DNA of 64,000 nucleotides from an uncultured Clostridia bacterium (GCA_934130595.1 CAKOYF010000008.1:2229-66228); one strand, 5' to 3'; counted from the first letter of the stretch, positions 10,019 to 19,155 are shown. The notes: generated from the sequence alone by a model not told the origin. Numbers and translations are program-made.

Positions 10019-10155
10019 TGTATATTACAATGCAGCTCAAGGTAGAAATCAACATAAATTTAACATTTATTAGCCAATATAAATATATTTAATTGTATAA
10101 TTTACTTTTTTATGGTAGTATAGAAGTATAGTATATAAAAAAGTGGAGGAAGTAT

Positions 10156-10293
10156 ATGAAAGATATAGATTATAAAAAAATTACTCAAGAAGATATAGAT
10201 AAAGGAAATAAATATTCAAAAGAGATTGAATATAGTCCATTAGATTTTGTAAAAGATTTATTTGAAGATAATAAAAAAGAAAAGGGTGAGTAA
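10156..10293 (+). CDS. small acidic peptide (A-type, module copy 2), 45 aa
   Basis: Not in the ORF track. ATG 10156 follows a GTGGAGGAAG RBS; stop TAA 10291-10293 lies 5 nt before the next start. ITQEDIDK...SPLDFVKDLFEDNKKE parallels 7787. Confidence 0.45.
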   Translation: MKDIDYKKITQEDIDKGNKYSKEIEYSPLDFVKDLFEDNKKEKGE

Positions 10294-10298
10294 TTAAT

Positions 10299-12995
10299 AT
10301 GGTTAGATTAAACAATGTAGAATCAGCAATGAAAAGGTTTTTAGAAATTGCATTAGACAATGAAATGGACAGGTATCAAAAAGAAGACCAACTTAATAGA
10401 AGCCTCGCAAATTTTGTAGATGAGACAATAAAGAAAAATTCTAATTTGGGAGAAAATACTCCTAGTGCAACAATAGATATAAAAGATGGTCATAGTACAC
10501 TTGCAGCAGGAGATCTTTTTCAATTAGAAATAGATTATAATGAATTTTTCAAGTCTAAAAATATTGAAGAAAAAATTGGAGATTTGTATAGCTTCTTTGC
10601 AGATGTAAATGATAGCATATATTATGCATATAAAGAAGATAAATGCGAAAACTTTGTATCTACAGAAAAAGAAAATGAGATTATAATAAATTCAGAGTAT
10701 GCCAAAGAAAAGATTACAGGCGGAAATAGAAGACTATCCTTGCAAACAACAGAAAATGCTCATCTTTTAACAATTACTCAGGCAAATAGGGTTGTATCAT
10801 CTTTAAACTTAAAAGACTATATTAAAGATGTTAAAGATGAAGATGTTGAAAGAATAAAAGAAGATTACAGAGATAGAATTGTTGAAAATGCTAAAGGGAC
10901 AATAGAGAAAATTGCAGATGAGTCTGGAAGAGATTTTGAACCAGAAAAAATAGTTTTAGATGATGAAGAACTATTCTTAGATCCTGCAGATACAGCAATA
11001 ATAGCAAATCCTGAATTAATAAAAAGATATCCTGTATTAAAACATGAATATAATGCAGATGGCTCTAGAAAAGAACTAGATGAACTTTTTGAAAGTGAAA
11101 AAAGTGAACTAGCAAGCATTGAAGAAAATTTAAGAGATAATGACAAAACAAAAAACGAATTAAAGGCACAAATAAAAAAAGCATATGCAAGCCTTAAATA
11201 TAAGTCATTTATTGATGCACTTCAAGAACCAGAAAAATTAAGAGATGTTGTACAAAGAGTTGGACCAGAAGAGGTATTAAACCAACTTACAGATATGGCA
11301 GCTAATATAAAAGATCAAAACAGACTTGAAGATAGTGTAGAAGACAAAGCTATAAAATACTTTAATCAAAAAGAAGCTGATACTATTTATGGCTTTAGTG
11401 ATAAAGCAATGGAAAACTTCATGGAGATGCTTGAAACAATTGAGCAAAGAAGAGAAGTAGAAGATAAAACAGTAGAAGCTATAAATGGTAAAAAGCAAAA
11501 GTTCCAAGATGAGATAATAGACGCATTGAAAAAAGAGCTAAATGATATCTCAAAACAAGTAGAAAGATATTCAGATGACGAAGTTAAAGAGGCAGATGAA
11601 GAAAGAAAAAAAGATAGAACAGGAATATTAACTAAAATAAAGAATTACTTAAAAAATAAAGAAAAAGAAAATACTCAAGAAGAACCTAAAAAAGAACCGC
11701 AAACAGATGTTGAGCCAAAACCAGATAAAGAGCCTCAAGAAGAACCAACTAAACATAAAGAAACAGATACTTCTAGCAGTCAAAATAATAAGGGAGAAAA
11801 AGGCGATCCTGGAAAAGATGGCCCAAAAGGAGATAAAGGTGATCCTGGTGAAAAAGGAGAACAGGGGGAACCAGGAGAAACTGGACCAAAAGGTGAACCT
11901 GGAAATGATGGTAAAGACGGCAAAGATGGTGAGCCAGGTAAAGACGGAGAGCCTGGTAGAGATGGTAAGGACGGAAAAGATGGCGAGCAAGGCCAGCCAG
12001 GAAAAGATGGAGAACCTGGAGGAAATACATACGTATACCACATTTATCAAAAAGACAAAGAAAAAGATATTTCAGAAGATGAAGAAAAAAACAAAGATGA
12101 AGAAAAAGAAACTGATGTAGATCCAAAGCCAAAAGAGCCAACAGATAACAAGGATGTTGAAGTAAAAGAACCTACAGTAGAACCAGTGACTGAACCTGTA
12201 CCAGATGAAAAAATAGAACCAGTTGAAGAACCTAAGGAAGATAAAAATGTAGAAATAGATTCAGAAGTTGAACCAGAAACTGAACCAAAATCTGAACCTG
12301 AAATTGAACCTCAAACTCAAGTAGAACCTGAGCCAACAGAAAATACAGTTACAGAAGATGAAAAAGATTTAGAGCAAGATAATACAGAAGTTACTATAGA
12401 AGATGAAACTACAGTACAAGAAAATCCTGTTGAAGACGAGGCTCCAAAAGTAAATGAGGAAGAACAAGCTACACAAGAAATCAAAGAGGATGAGCAAATA
12501 TCAGAAACTCCAAAAACAGAAAAGCAAATGCAACAAGAAATAATAGAATCTTTAATTAATCATTTAGAAGAGAATAATAGAAATGAGCTAGAAAAATATG
12601 AACAAGAACTAAATCAAAAAGTAGATGATATTATAGATAAACTAGATGTTAGTAAATATTCAATGGAAGAATTAGCAAAAGCTAAAGAGCATTTAGAACA
12701 AAGAGTAAAAGAAGATGTAGAAGCTAAAAGAAAAACACAACTTGAATATTTAGATCAAATAAAAGAATCTATGTATGGTCAAGTTGCAAGACAAGAAAGA
12801 ATACAAGAATTAAATGCTTTAATAGAAGAAAAGGCAGAATTAGTAAGAAAAATCAAAGAAAAAGATGTACTTATTAAATCAATAGAAAATGATACTGCTA
12901 AATCTTTAAAAGAAGTTGAAGATGAAATTAGTAAATTAGAAGAGGAAAGAAATAGTCTTGAAAATAAAAAGGGGGAAGGAACAATTGGTAGATAA
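10299..12995 (+). CDS. large collagen-like repeat protein (B-type, module copy 2)
   Basis: 898 aa; GGGTGAG RBS; no signal peptide. The N-terminal globular part is followed by K/E-rich helices, 25 G-X-Y triplets, E/P-rich spacers, and a C-terminal coiled coil. Confidence 0.85.
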   Translation: MVRLNNVESAMKRFLEIALDNEMDRYQKEDQLNRSLANFVDETIKKNSNLGENTPSATIDIKDGHSTLAAGDLFQLEIDYNEFFKSKNIEEKIGDLYSFFADVNDSIYYAYKEDKCENFVSTEKENEIIINSEYAKEKITGGNRRLSLQTTENAHLLTITQANRVVSSLNLKDYIKDVKDEDVERIKEDYRDRIVENAKGTIEKIADESGRDFEPEKIVLDDEELFLDPADTAIIANPELIKRYPVLKHEYNADGSRKELDELFESEKSELASIEENLRDNDKTKNELKAQIKKAYASLKYKSFIDALQEPEKLRDVVQRVGPEEVLNQLTDMAANIKDQNRLEDSVEDKAIKYFNQKEADTIYGFSDKAMENFMEMLETIEQRREVEDKTVEAINGKKQKFQDEIIDALKKELNDISKQVERYSDDEVKEADEERKKDRTGILTKIKNYLKNKEKENTQEEPKKEPQTDVEPKPDKEPQEEPTKHKETDTSSSQNNKGEKGDPGKDGPKGDKGDPGEKGEQGEPGETGPKGEPGNDGKDGKDGEPGKDGEPGRDGKDGKDGEQGQPGKDGEPGGNTYVYHIYQKDKEKDISEDEEKNKDEEKETDVDPKPKEPTDNKDVEVKEPTVEPVTEPVPDEKIEPVEEPKEDKNVEIDSEVEPETEPKSEPEIEPQTQVEPEPTENTVTEDEKDLEQDNTEVTIEDETTVQENPVEDEAPKVNEEEQATQEIKEDEQISETPKTEKQMQQEIIESLINHLEENNRNELEKYEQELNQKVDDIIDKLDVSKYSMEELAKAKEHLEQRVKEDVEAKRKTQLEYLDQIKESMYGQVARQERIQELNALIEEKAELVRKIKEKDVLIKSIENDTAKSLKEVEDEISKLEEERNSLENKKGEGTIGR
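11793..12023 (+). repeat. collagen-like G-X-Y triplet array (25 uninterrupted triplets)
   Basis: GEKGDPGKDGPKGDKGDPGEKGEQGEPGETGPKGEPGNDGKDGKDGEPGKDGEPGRDGKDGKDGEQGQPGKDGEPGG, read in the frame of 10299. Confidence 0.9.
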
Positions 12996-13233
12996 TGATT
13001 ATAAAAGAATAGAAGAAATAAAATTAGGTATAGATAATAATACAATTTTACCTGATGATATATCAGATGAAGATTTACCACTTGTTAATGCTCTTTTTAA
13101 GTATGAAGTGTTTTTAGCAAGAGATGAATTGAAAAAGAAAGATGAAATCTTAAATGATTATAAACAAAGAATGCTTAATGCTATTGAATATTTAAGAAAT
13201 AAGAATACAAATAGCAGTCCAAAAACAACATAA
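12958..13233 (+). CDS. small helical protein (C-type, module copy 2)
   Basis: ORF overlaps the end of 10299. The likelier start is TTG 12985, 5 nt after GGGGGAAGG. YKRIEEIKLGIDNNTILPDDISDEDLPLVNALFKYEV and DYKQRMLNAIEYL align with 9709. Confidence 0.6.
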   Translation: MKIKRGKEQLVDNDYKRIEEIKLGIDNNTILPDDISDEDLPLVNALFKYEVFLARDELKKKDEILNDYKQRMLNAIEYLRNKNTNSSPKTT

Positions 13234-13256
13234 TCTAATAATTTTCAAGATTTTTG

Positions 13257-13285
13257 TTGACAAAATTAAATACAGCGTGTATAAT
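13257..13285 (+). promoter_or_regulatory. sigma-A-type promoter of the ylxM-ffh operon
   Basis: TTGACA (13257-13262), 17-nt spacer, TATAAT (13280-13285). Confidence 0.65.
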
Positions 13286-13320
13286 ATGTGTAAAGTTTAA
13301 AAGCTTTACACATTTTTTTA
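13286..13320 (+). terminator. intrinsic terminator of the upstream module, abutting the ylxM promoter
   Basis: ATGTGTAAAG / CTTTACACAT 10-bp stem with an 8-nt loop, then TTTTTTT. Confidence 0.65.
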
Positions 13321-13329
13321 GGTGATTAT

Positions 13330-13650
13330 ATGGATAAAAATATTGAGTTTTCTATGTTGTATGATGTTTATGGAAAACTACTTACAAAGAAACAACAAGA
13401 AATTTTCGAAGAATATTATTTATACAATTTATCTTTAAGAGAAATTGCAGAAAATAAGAATATTTCATATCAAGCTGTAAGAGATAGTATTAAATCTAGT
13501 GAACAGACTCTTATGAATTTTGAAAATATAACTCATACATTAGCTCTTATTGAGAGAATGGAAAAAGCATATAACCTTTGTGATTGTGAAGACTTAAACA
13601 AGAAAAGACAACAACTTAAGAAATTACTAAAAAGTGAGGATGATATATAA
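13330..13650 (+). CDS. ylxM: YlxM/UPF0122 putative DNA-binding protein
   Basis: 106 aa; sigma-70 region-4-like HTH (LSLREIAENKNISYQAVRDSI); conserved position immediately upstream of ffh. Confidence 0.85.
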   Translation: MDKNIEFSMLYDVYGKLLTKKQQEIFEEYYLYNLSLREIAENKNISYQAVRDSIKSSEQTLMNFENITHTLALIERMEKAYNLCDCEDLNKKRQQLKKLLKSEDDI

Positions 13651-14984
13651 TGTTTGACAGTCTTTCAGATAAATTACAAAATGTAATGAAGAAAATTAAA
13701 GGGCAAACAAGAATCTCAGAAAAAGAACTAAAAGAAATGCTTAGAGAAGTAAAACTTGCACTTCTTGAAGCAGATGTTAACTATAAAGTAGTAAAAGATT
13801 TTGTAGCGTCAATTGAATCTAAAGCTTTAGGTGAAGATGTAATGAAATCATTAACACCTGGACAACAGGTTGTTAAAATAGTAAGAGATGAGTTGACAGA
13901 GCTTTTAGGAGATACAAATTCTGGACTTAATTTTTCTTCAAATCCACCTACAATTATAATGTTGGTTGGACTACAAGGAAGTGGTAAAACAACTCTTTGT
14001 GGAAAATTGAGTAATTATTTAAGAAAACAAGGCAAGAAACCATTTATGATTGCTTGTGATGTATATAGACCAGCAGCTATAAAACAACTGCAAACACTAG
14101 GAAAAAGCTTAGGTGTAGATGTTTATAGTGAAGAAGATAATAAAGATGTAGTAGCAATAGCTAAAAATGGTATTAAAGCTGCACAATCTAAATTATGCAA
14201 TGTTGTATTAGTAGATACAGCTGGTAGATTACAAATAGACGATGCATTAATGGAGGAACTTGTTGAGTTAAAAAAAGCTATAAGACCTCATGAAATAATG
14301 CTTGTAATTGATGCTATGGTAGGTCAAGAAGCAGTAAATGTTGCAAAAGACTTTAATGAAAAACTAGGAATTGATTCTATTACAATGTCAAAATTAGATT
14401 CAGATTCTAGAGGTGGTGCAGCACTTTCTGTTAAGAGTATCACTAAAAAACCAATTAAATTTGCTTCAGTTGGTGAAAAACTTAGTGATTTAGAGCCTTT
14501 CTATCCAGATAGACTTGCATCTAGAATATTAGGTATGGGTGATGTACTATCTATTATAGATAAAGCAGAAGAAGCATATGAAGAGGAAGAAGCTATAGAG
14601 CTTGAAAAGAAAATAAAGAAAAATGAGTTTACATTAGATGATTATTTAGCACAAATGAAGAAAATTAGAAAAATGGGCTCATTTAAACAATTACTTGCTA
14701 TGATTCCTGGAATTCCAAAGGAAATCAAGGATATAGAAATAGATGAAAAGCAATTACTTAGAATAGATGCAATAATAACATCTATGACAAAAGAAGAAAG
14801 AAAAAATCCAAAGATTTTGAATGCTTCTAGACGTCAAAGAATTGCAAAAGGAAGTGGAAACACTGTTCAAGATATCAATAGATTTATAGATCAATTTGCA
14901 CAAATGCAAAAAATGATGAAATCTATGATGAATGGTAATGGAAAATATCCAAAAATACCAGGAATGAACAATCTATTTAAATAA
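13650..14984 (+). CDS. ffh: signal recognition particle protein Ffh
   Basis: 444 aa; GLQGSGKTT, DTAGR, and a Met-rich C-terminal M domain. Confidence 0.95.
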   Translation: MFDSLSDKLQNVMKKIKGQTRISEKELKEMLREVKLALLEADVNYKVVKDFVASIESKALGEDVMKSLTPGQQVVKIVRDELTELLGDTNSGLNFSSNPPTIIMLVGLQGSGKTTLCGKLSNYLRKQGKKPFMIACDVYRPAAIKQLQTLGKSLGVDVYSEEDNKDVVAIAKNGIKAAQSKLCNVVLVDTAGRLQIDDALMEELVELKKAIRPHEIMLVIDAMVGQEAVNVAKDFNEKLGIDSITMSKLDSDSRGGAALSVKSITKKPIKFASVGEKLSDLEPFYPDRLASRILGMGDVLSIIDKAEEAYEEEEAIELEKKIKKNEFTLDDYLAQMKKIRKMGSFKQLLAMIPGIPKEIKDIEIDEKQLLRIDAIITSMTKEERKNPKILNASRRQRIAKGSGNTVQDINRFIDQFAQMQKMMKSMMNGNGKYPKIPGMNNLFK

Positions 14985-15023
14985 AAAAATGATATTTATT
15001 TCACTGTAAGGAGGTGAAACTTA

Positions 15024-15266
15024 ATGGTAAAAATCAGATTAAGAAGAGATGGTGGTAAAAAATCTCCATACTATACAATCGTTGTTGCAGATTCTAGATA
15101 TCCAGCTGATGGAAGATTCATTGAGAAAGTAGGAACATACAATCCGATGACTGAACCAGCAGAACTTAAAGTAGATACTGAAAAAGTAGCAGAATGGATT
15201 AAAAAAGGAGCTAAACCAACAGATACTGCTATGGCTCTTATTAAAAAAGCAGGATTAGAGATATAG
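15024..15266 (+). CDS. rpsP: 30S ribosomal protein S16
   Basis: [21 protein letters not shown] signature. Confidence 0.95.
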   Translation: MVKIRLRRDGGKKSPYYTIVVADSRYPADGRFIEKVGTYNPMTEPAELKVDTEKVAEWIKKGAKPTDTAMALIKKAGLEI

Positions 15267-15278
15267 GAGGCAAGAAGA

Positions 15279-15527
15279 ATGTATAAAAATTTATTAGAAT
15301 ACATAGTAAAAAATCTTGTTACTTATCCAGAAAAAATCGAAATTTCCGAAGTTGAAACAGAGGGAAGAATTGTTTTAAAGCTAAAAGTAGCAAAAGAAGA
15401 TATGGGTAGAATAATTGGTAAAGAAGGAAGAATAATTCGTTCTATAAGAGAAATTATCTATGCATATGCTGCAAAAGAATCAAAGAAAGTATCTGTCGAT
15501 GTTGAAGAAGTAAAGGAGAACGCTTAG
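15279..15527 (+). CDS. KH-domain RNA-binding protein (UPF0109/YlqC)
   Basis: 82 aa; GRIIGKEGRIIRSIR KH motif; conserved position between rpsP and rimM. Confidence 0.85.
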   Translation: MYKNLLEYIVKNLVTYPEKIEISEVETEGRIVLKLKVAKEDMGRIIGKEGRIIRSIREIIYAYAAKESKKVSVDVEEVKENA

Positions 15528-15531
15528 GCTT

Positions 15532-16035
15532 ATGCAGGGTGTTTTAATTGGACAGATCGTAAATGTACATGGTATTAAAGGTGAAGTCAAAGTATACCCA
15601 TATACTGATGATATAGATAACTTATGTAAAAAAATTAAAAAAATATATTTTAATGAAAATCTAAGCGAAGGGTATAAAGCATCATGTAGAATTCAAAAGA
15701 ATATGCTTCTTATGAAAATACAAGGTGTTGATACTGTAGAAAAAGCTGAAGATTTAAGAGATAAGTATATATATATTTCAGAAGATGCTCTAGATAAATT
15801 GGAGAAAGATAGTTATTATGTAAAAGATTTAATAGGATGTGAAATAATAGACATTAAAGATAATAGTCTAGTAGGAACATTAAATTATATATTTAACACT
15901 GGAGCAAATGATGTATATGAAGTTATAACTTCTGAAGATACCAAAATATATTTGCCTGCTATAAAACAAGTGATAAAAAAAGTGGATATAAAAACAAGAA
16001 AAATCTATGTTGAAATTATGGAAGGATTAATATAA
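15532..16035 (+). CDS. rimM: 16S rRNA processing protein RimM
   Basis: 167 aa; G.I...HGIKGEVKV N-terminal motif; operon context. Confidence 0.9.
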   Translation: MQGVLIGQIVNVHGIKGEVKVYPYTDDIDNLCKKIKKIYFNENLSEGYKASCRIQKNMLLMKIQGVDTVEKAEDLRDKYIYISEDALDKLEKDSYYVKDLIGCEIIDIKDNSLVGTLNYIFNTGANDVYEVITSEDTKIYLPAIKQVIKKVDIKTRKIYVEIMEGLI

Positions 16036-16036
16036 T

Positions 16037-16726
16037 ATGAAGATTATTGTGTTAACACTTTTTAAAGAAATGTTTGAACCTTTTGTTAGTACAAGTATAA
16101 TTAAAAGGGCAATAGAAAAAAAGATAGTTTCAATAAAGACAATAGATATTAGAGATTTTACAGAGGATAAACATAATAGAGTAGATTTTCCTCCATATGG
16201 TGGTGGAAGTGGTATGATAATGTCTGCAGAACCTTTAGCTAAAGCTATAGATTATTCTTTAGATTTGCTAAAAGATGATGAAAAAGATGTTGAAATCATA
16301 TACATGTCACCTAGAGGAGAAGTACTTAATTATAATCTTGCACATGAGCTTTCAAAAAAAGAAAGTAACTACATAATTATATGTGGTCACTATGAAGGAA
16401 TAGATGAAAGAGTATTGGAAGAATACAATGTAAAAGAAATTTCTATTGGAGATTATGTGCTTACAGGTGGAGAACTTGCATGTCAAGTTTTAATGGATAG
16501 TGTTATTCGTTTAATACCTGGAGTAATAAGTGGAGATTCTTTAAAAGAAGAATCACATACTACAAACTTGCTTGAGTATCCTCAATATACTAAGCCATAT
16601 AACTTTAGAGGAAGGCTAGTTCCGGATGTATTAATATCTGGACATCATAAAAAGATAGCAGAGTATAGAAAAGAAGAATCTGTAAGAATTACAAAAAAAT
16701 TTAGACCAGATCTTTTAGATAAATAA
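16037..16726 (+). CDS. trmD: tRNA (guanine37-N1)-methyltransferase
   Basis: 229 aa; [11 protein letters not shown] and [12 protein letters not shown] motifs. Confidence 0.95.
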   Translation: MKIIVLTLFKEMFEPFVSTSIIKRAIEKKIVSIKTIDIRDFTEDKHNRVDFPPYGGGSGMIMSAEPLAKAIDYSLDLLKDDEKDVEIIYMSPRGEVLNYNLAHELSKKESNYIIICGHYEGIDERVLEEYNVKEISIGDYVLTGGELACQVLMDSVIRLIPGVISGDSLKEESHTTNLLEYPQYTKPYNFRGRLVPDVLISGHHKKIAEYRKEESVRITKKFRPDLLDK

Positions 16727-16754
16727 TTCCAAAATAAAGGAGGGAAAATTAATA

Positions 16755-17102
16755 ATGAATATAATAAATGCTATAGAAAACGAATATAAAAGAGAAGATG
16801 TTGTACCTTTCAAAATAGGTGATACAGTAGATGTACACATCAGAATTAAAGAAGGAAACAAAGAAAGAATCCAAGTTTTCACAGGTACAGTTATAAAACG
16901 TCAAAATAGTGGTTTAAACGAAACTTTCACAGTAAGAAAAATATCTTATGGTGTTGGTGTTGAAAAAACATTCCCAACTCATTCACCAAGAATTGCAAAA
17001 ATCGAAGTTAAAAGAGTTGGTAAAGTTAGACGTGCTAGATTATACTACTTAAGAGATAGAGTAGGTAAAGCTGCTAAAACTAAAGAAAAAATAGAAAAAT
17101 AA
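16755..17102 (+). CDS. rplS: 50S ribosomal protein L19
   Basis: 115 aa; F..GD.V.V...I.EG.KERIQ.F.G.VI signature. Confidence 0.95.
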   Translation: MNIINAIENEYKREDVVPFKIGDTVDVHIRIKEGNKERIQVFTGTVIKRQNSGLNETFTVRKISYGVGVEKTFPTHSPRIAKIEVKRVGKVRRARLYYLRDRVGKAAKTKEKIEK

Positions 17103-17120
17103 TTAGTAGTGTATATAGTA

Positions 17121-17160
17121 AGCTCCCAGTGAATTAACTTTAATCAACTGGGAGTTTAAA
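17121..17160 (+). terminator. operon terminator (hairpin, short T-run)
   Basis: CTCCCAGT / ACTGGGAG stem with a 16-nt loop, followed by TTT. Confidence 0.55.
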
Positions 17161-17193
17161 TATATATTACAATTTATTTTAATAGGAGGTAAT

Positions 17194-17850
17194 ATGTCTA
17201 ATACTACAGTATATTTAATAAGGCATTCTGTTAGGTATAATATAGGAGATATAATACAAGATTATAATACAACTCAAGATAAGACTTTAAGAAATGAGAA
17301 AATTATATTAACTCCAGAAGGCGAAAAAAGAGCTGAGATACTAAGTACAGAGCCTGAACTTCAAAATATTGATGTTGCATACGCTAGTAATATGGTTAGA
17401 ACTCTTCAAACTGCAAAATATTTACTTGAAAAACAGCATTTGAAAATAAATATTGATGAGAGATTTGATGAAAGAAGAGCCGGAAAACCTAATGATGACA
17501 TTTATCCAAATTGGTTTGAATTGCAATATAAAGATGAAAAATTCAAAACCGAGGGTGGAGAAAGCCAACTAGATGTAAGAAAAAGAGTTACAGAAGCTTT
17601 TAATGAAGTAGTGAGTAAAAATAGAGGAAAAAGGATAGCTATTTTTGCACATGGCTATGCTATAACATTTTTCCTATTACAATGGTGCAAGTTAATAGAT
17701 GTTAATCAAAATCAACATTTAACTTTTTCTTTTAAGGATGAAGTAATTTTTGATAAAAAAATAAATGCACCAGAAGTATTTAAATTGACAGTAGATGACA
17801 AAAATCAACCTATAAAAATAGAGTTAATAGAGTTTGATAATTTAAAATAA
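17194..17850 (+). CDS. histidine phosphatase (phosphoglycerate mutase-like) family protein
   Basis: 218 aa; N-terminal LIRHS (RHG-type motif) and distal FAHGY histidine. Confidence 0.75.
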   Translation: MSNTTVYLIRHSVRYNIGDIIQDYNTTQDKTLRNEKIILTPEGEKRAEILSTEPELQNIDVAYASNMVRTLQTAKYLLEKQHLKINIDERFDERRAGKPNDDIYPNWFELQYKDEKFKTEGGESQLDVRKRVTEAFNEVVSKNRGKRIAIFAHGYAITFFLLQWCKLIDVNQNQHLTFSFKDEVIFDKKINAPEVFKLTVDDKNQPIKIELIEFDNLK

Positions 17851-17880
17851 TGATGTATAATATATGGTAGGTAAAAGATT

Positions 17881-18216
17881 ATGAAACATGAGATGAGATT
17901 GCATGATGATCCTTTTAATAAAATAAAACAAGGAACTAAGAAAATTGAAATAAGACTTAATGATGAAAAGAGAAAAAGTATAAATATTGGAGATACAATT
18001 GAATTTACTAATAGAAAAACTTCTGAAAAGATGTTAGTAAAGGTAAATGGATTGTTTAAATACTCAAACTTTGAAGAACTATATAAAAATTGGGATAAAG
18101 TTATACTTGGATATGATGAAGATGATATAGCAGACCCAAAAGATATGGAAGAGTATTATTCAAAAGAAGAACAAGAAAAATATGGAGTCTTAGCAATAAA
18201 AATAGAAAAAGTATAA
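17881..18216 (+). CDS. ASCH domain protein
   Basis: 111 aa; N-terminal F..I..G.K..E.R pattern and size typical of ASCH/PUA-like fold proteins. Confidence 0.6.
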   Translation: MKHEMRLHDDPFNKIKQGTKKIEIRLNDEKRKSINIGDTIEFTNRKTSEKMLVKVNGLFKYSNFEELYKNWDKVILGYDEDDIADPKDMEEYYSKEEQEKYGVLAIKIEKV

Positions 18217-18253
18217 TTTGAAATATTGTATATTAAAGAAGGAAGTGAGAAAG

Positions 18254-19135
18254 ATGAATGAAAATAAATTAAATATTAACTGGTATCCAGGTCACATGGT
18301 AAAAGCACAAAATGATATAAAATCTGTAATAAAATTAATAGATATAGTAGTAGAAGTATTAGATGCAAGAATACCTTTATCTAGTTGTAATCCAATAATA
18401 GATGACTTAGCAAAAGATAAGCAAAGAATAGTAGTATTAAACAAGGCAGATTTAGCAGATGATACTGCTACAGAAAAATGGATTAAATATTTTAATGAAA
18501 ATAAAAATACATCTTGTATAGCTGTTAATTCATCTGTTCCACAAGATATAAAAAGAATAATAAGTGAAATTGTAAAAAAAGGACAAATAGCATATAAAGA
18601 TAAAGTATCATCTGTATCAATAGACTATAAGCCAATATACAGAGTTTTAATAGCAGGAATTCCTAATGTTGGTAAATCAACTATAATAAACAAAATAGCA
18701 AAACGTAATGCAGCAGATGTTTCAAATAAGCCAGGAGTTACTGTAAGAAAACAATGGATAAGAGTTCAAGATAATATTGACTTGCTTGATTCACCCGGCC
18801 TTTTGTGGCCGAAGTTAGATGATAATAATGCAGGTGAAAAACTTGCATTAACAGGAAATATAAAGCAAGAAATATTAGACTTAGAAAGCTTAGCTTGCAT
18901 AGGAATAGAGTATCTACTTAAAGATGAAAAATATAAAGAAATGTTTTTAGAAAAGTACAAAATAGATGCTTTAGATATTGAAGATTTAGACTCATACGAT
19001 ATCTTAGAAATTTTAGGAAGAAAAAGAGGATGTTTAATGTCTGGAGGAAGAGTCGATACACAAAAGGCATCAAAGATATTTTTAGATGAGTTAAAAGCAG
19101 GAAAGATAGGAAAAATAAGTCTAGAAAATATATAA
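18254..19135 (+). CDS. rbgA: ribosome biogenesis GTPase A (YlqF/RbgA)
   Basis: INWYPGHM; circularly permuted order NKADL then GIPNVGKST then DSPG. ATG 18254 after AAGGAAGTGAG is preferred over the track start at 18218. Confidence 0.88.
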   Translation: MNENKLNINWYPGHMVKAQNDIKSVIKLIDIVVEVLDARIPLSSCNPIIDDLAKDKQRIVVLNKADLADDTATEKWIKYFNENKNTSCIAVNSSVPQDIKRIISEIVKKGQIAYKDKVSSVSIDYKPIYRVLIAGIPNVGKSTIINKIAKRNAADVSNKPGVTVRKQWIRVQDNIDLLDSPGLLWPKLDDNNAGEKLALTGNIKQEILDLESLACIGIEYLLKDEKYKEMFLEKYKIDALDIEDLDSYDILEILGRKRGCLMSGGRVDTQKASKIFLDELKAGKIGKISLENI

Positions 19136-19155
19136 TTTGGAAGGATTTGAGAGTT

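Noticed and set aside
10070-10101. Possible promoter for module copy 2 (TATAAT at 10096-10101)
   Set aside because: The -10 element is good, but no acceptable -35 lies at 16-18 nt (GCCAAT at 17 nt; TTAGCC at 20 nt). I did not list it as a feature.
11649-12141. Four extra ORFs (11649-12050 minus, 11707-12120 plus, 11773-12141 minus, 11780-12043 minus) overlapping the collagen-like region
   Set aside because: They are by-products of the purine-rich, 9-nt-periodic G-X-Y coding repeat, which stays open in several frames and on both strands. Only the frame of 10299-12995 continues through non-repetitive flanks and has an RBS.
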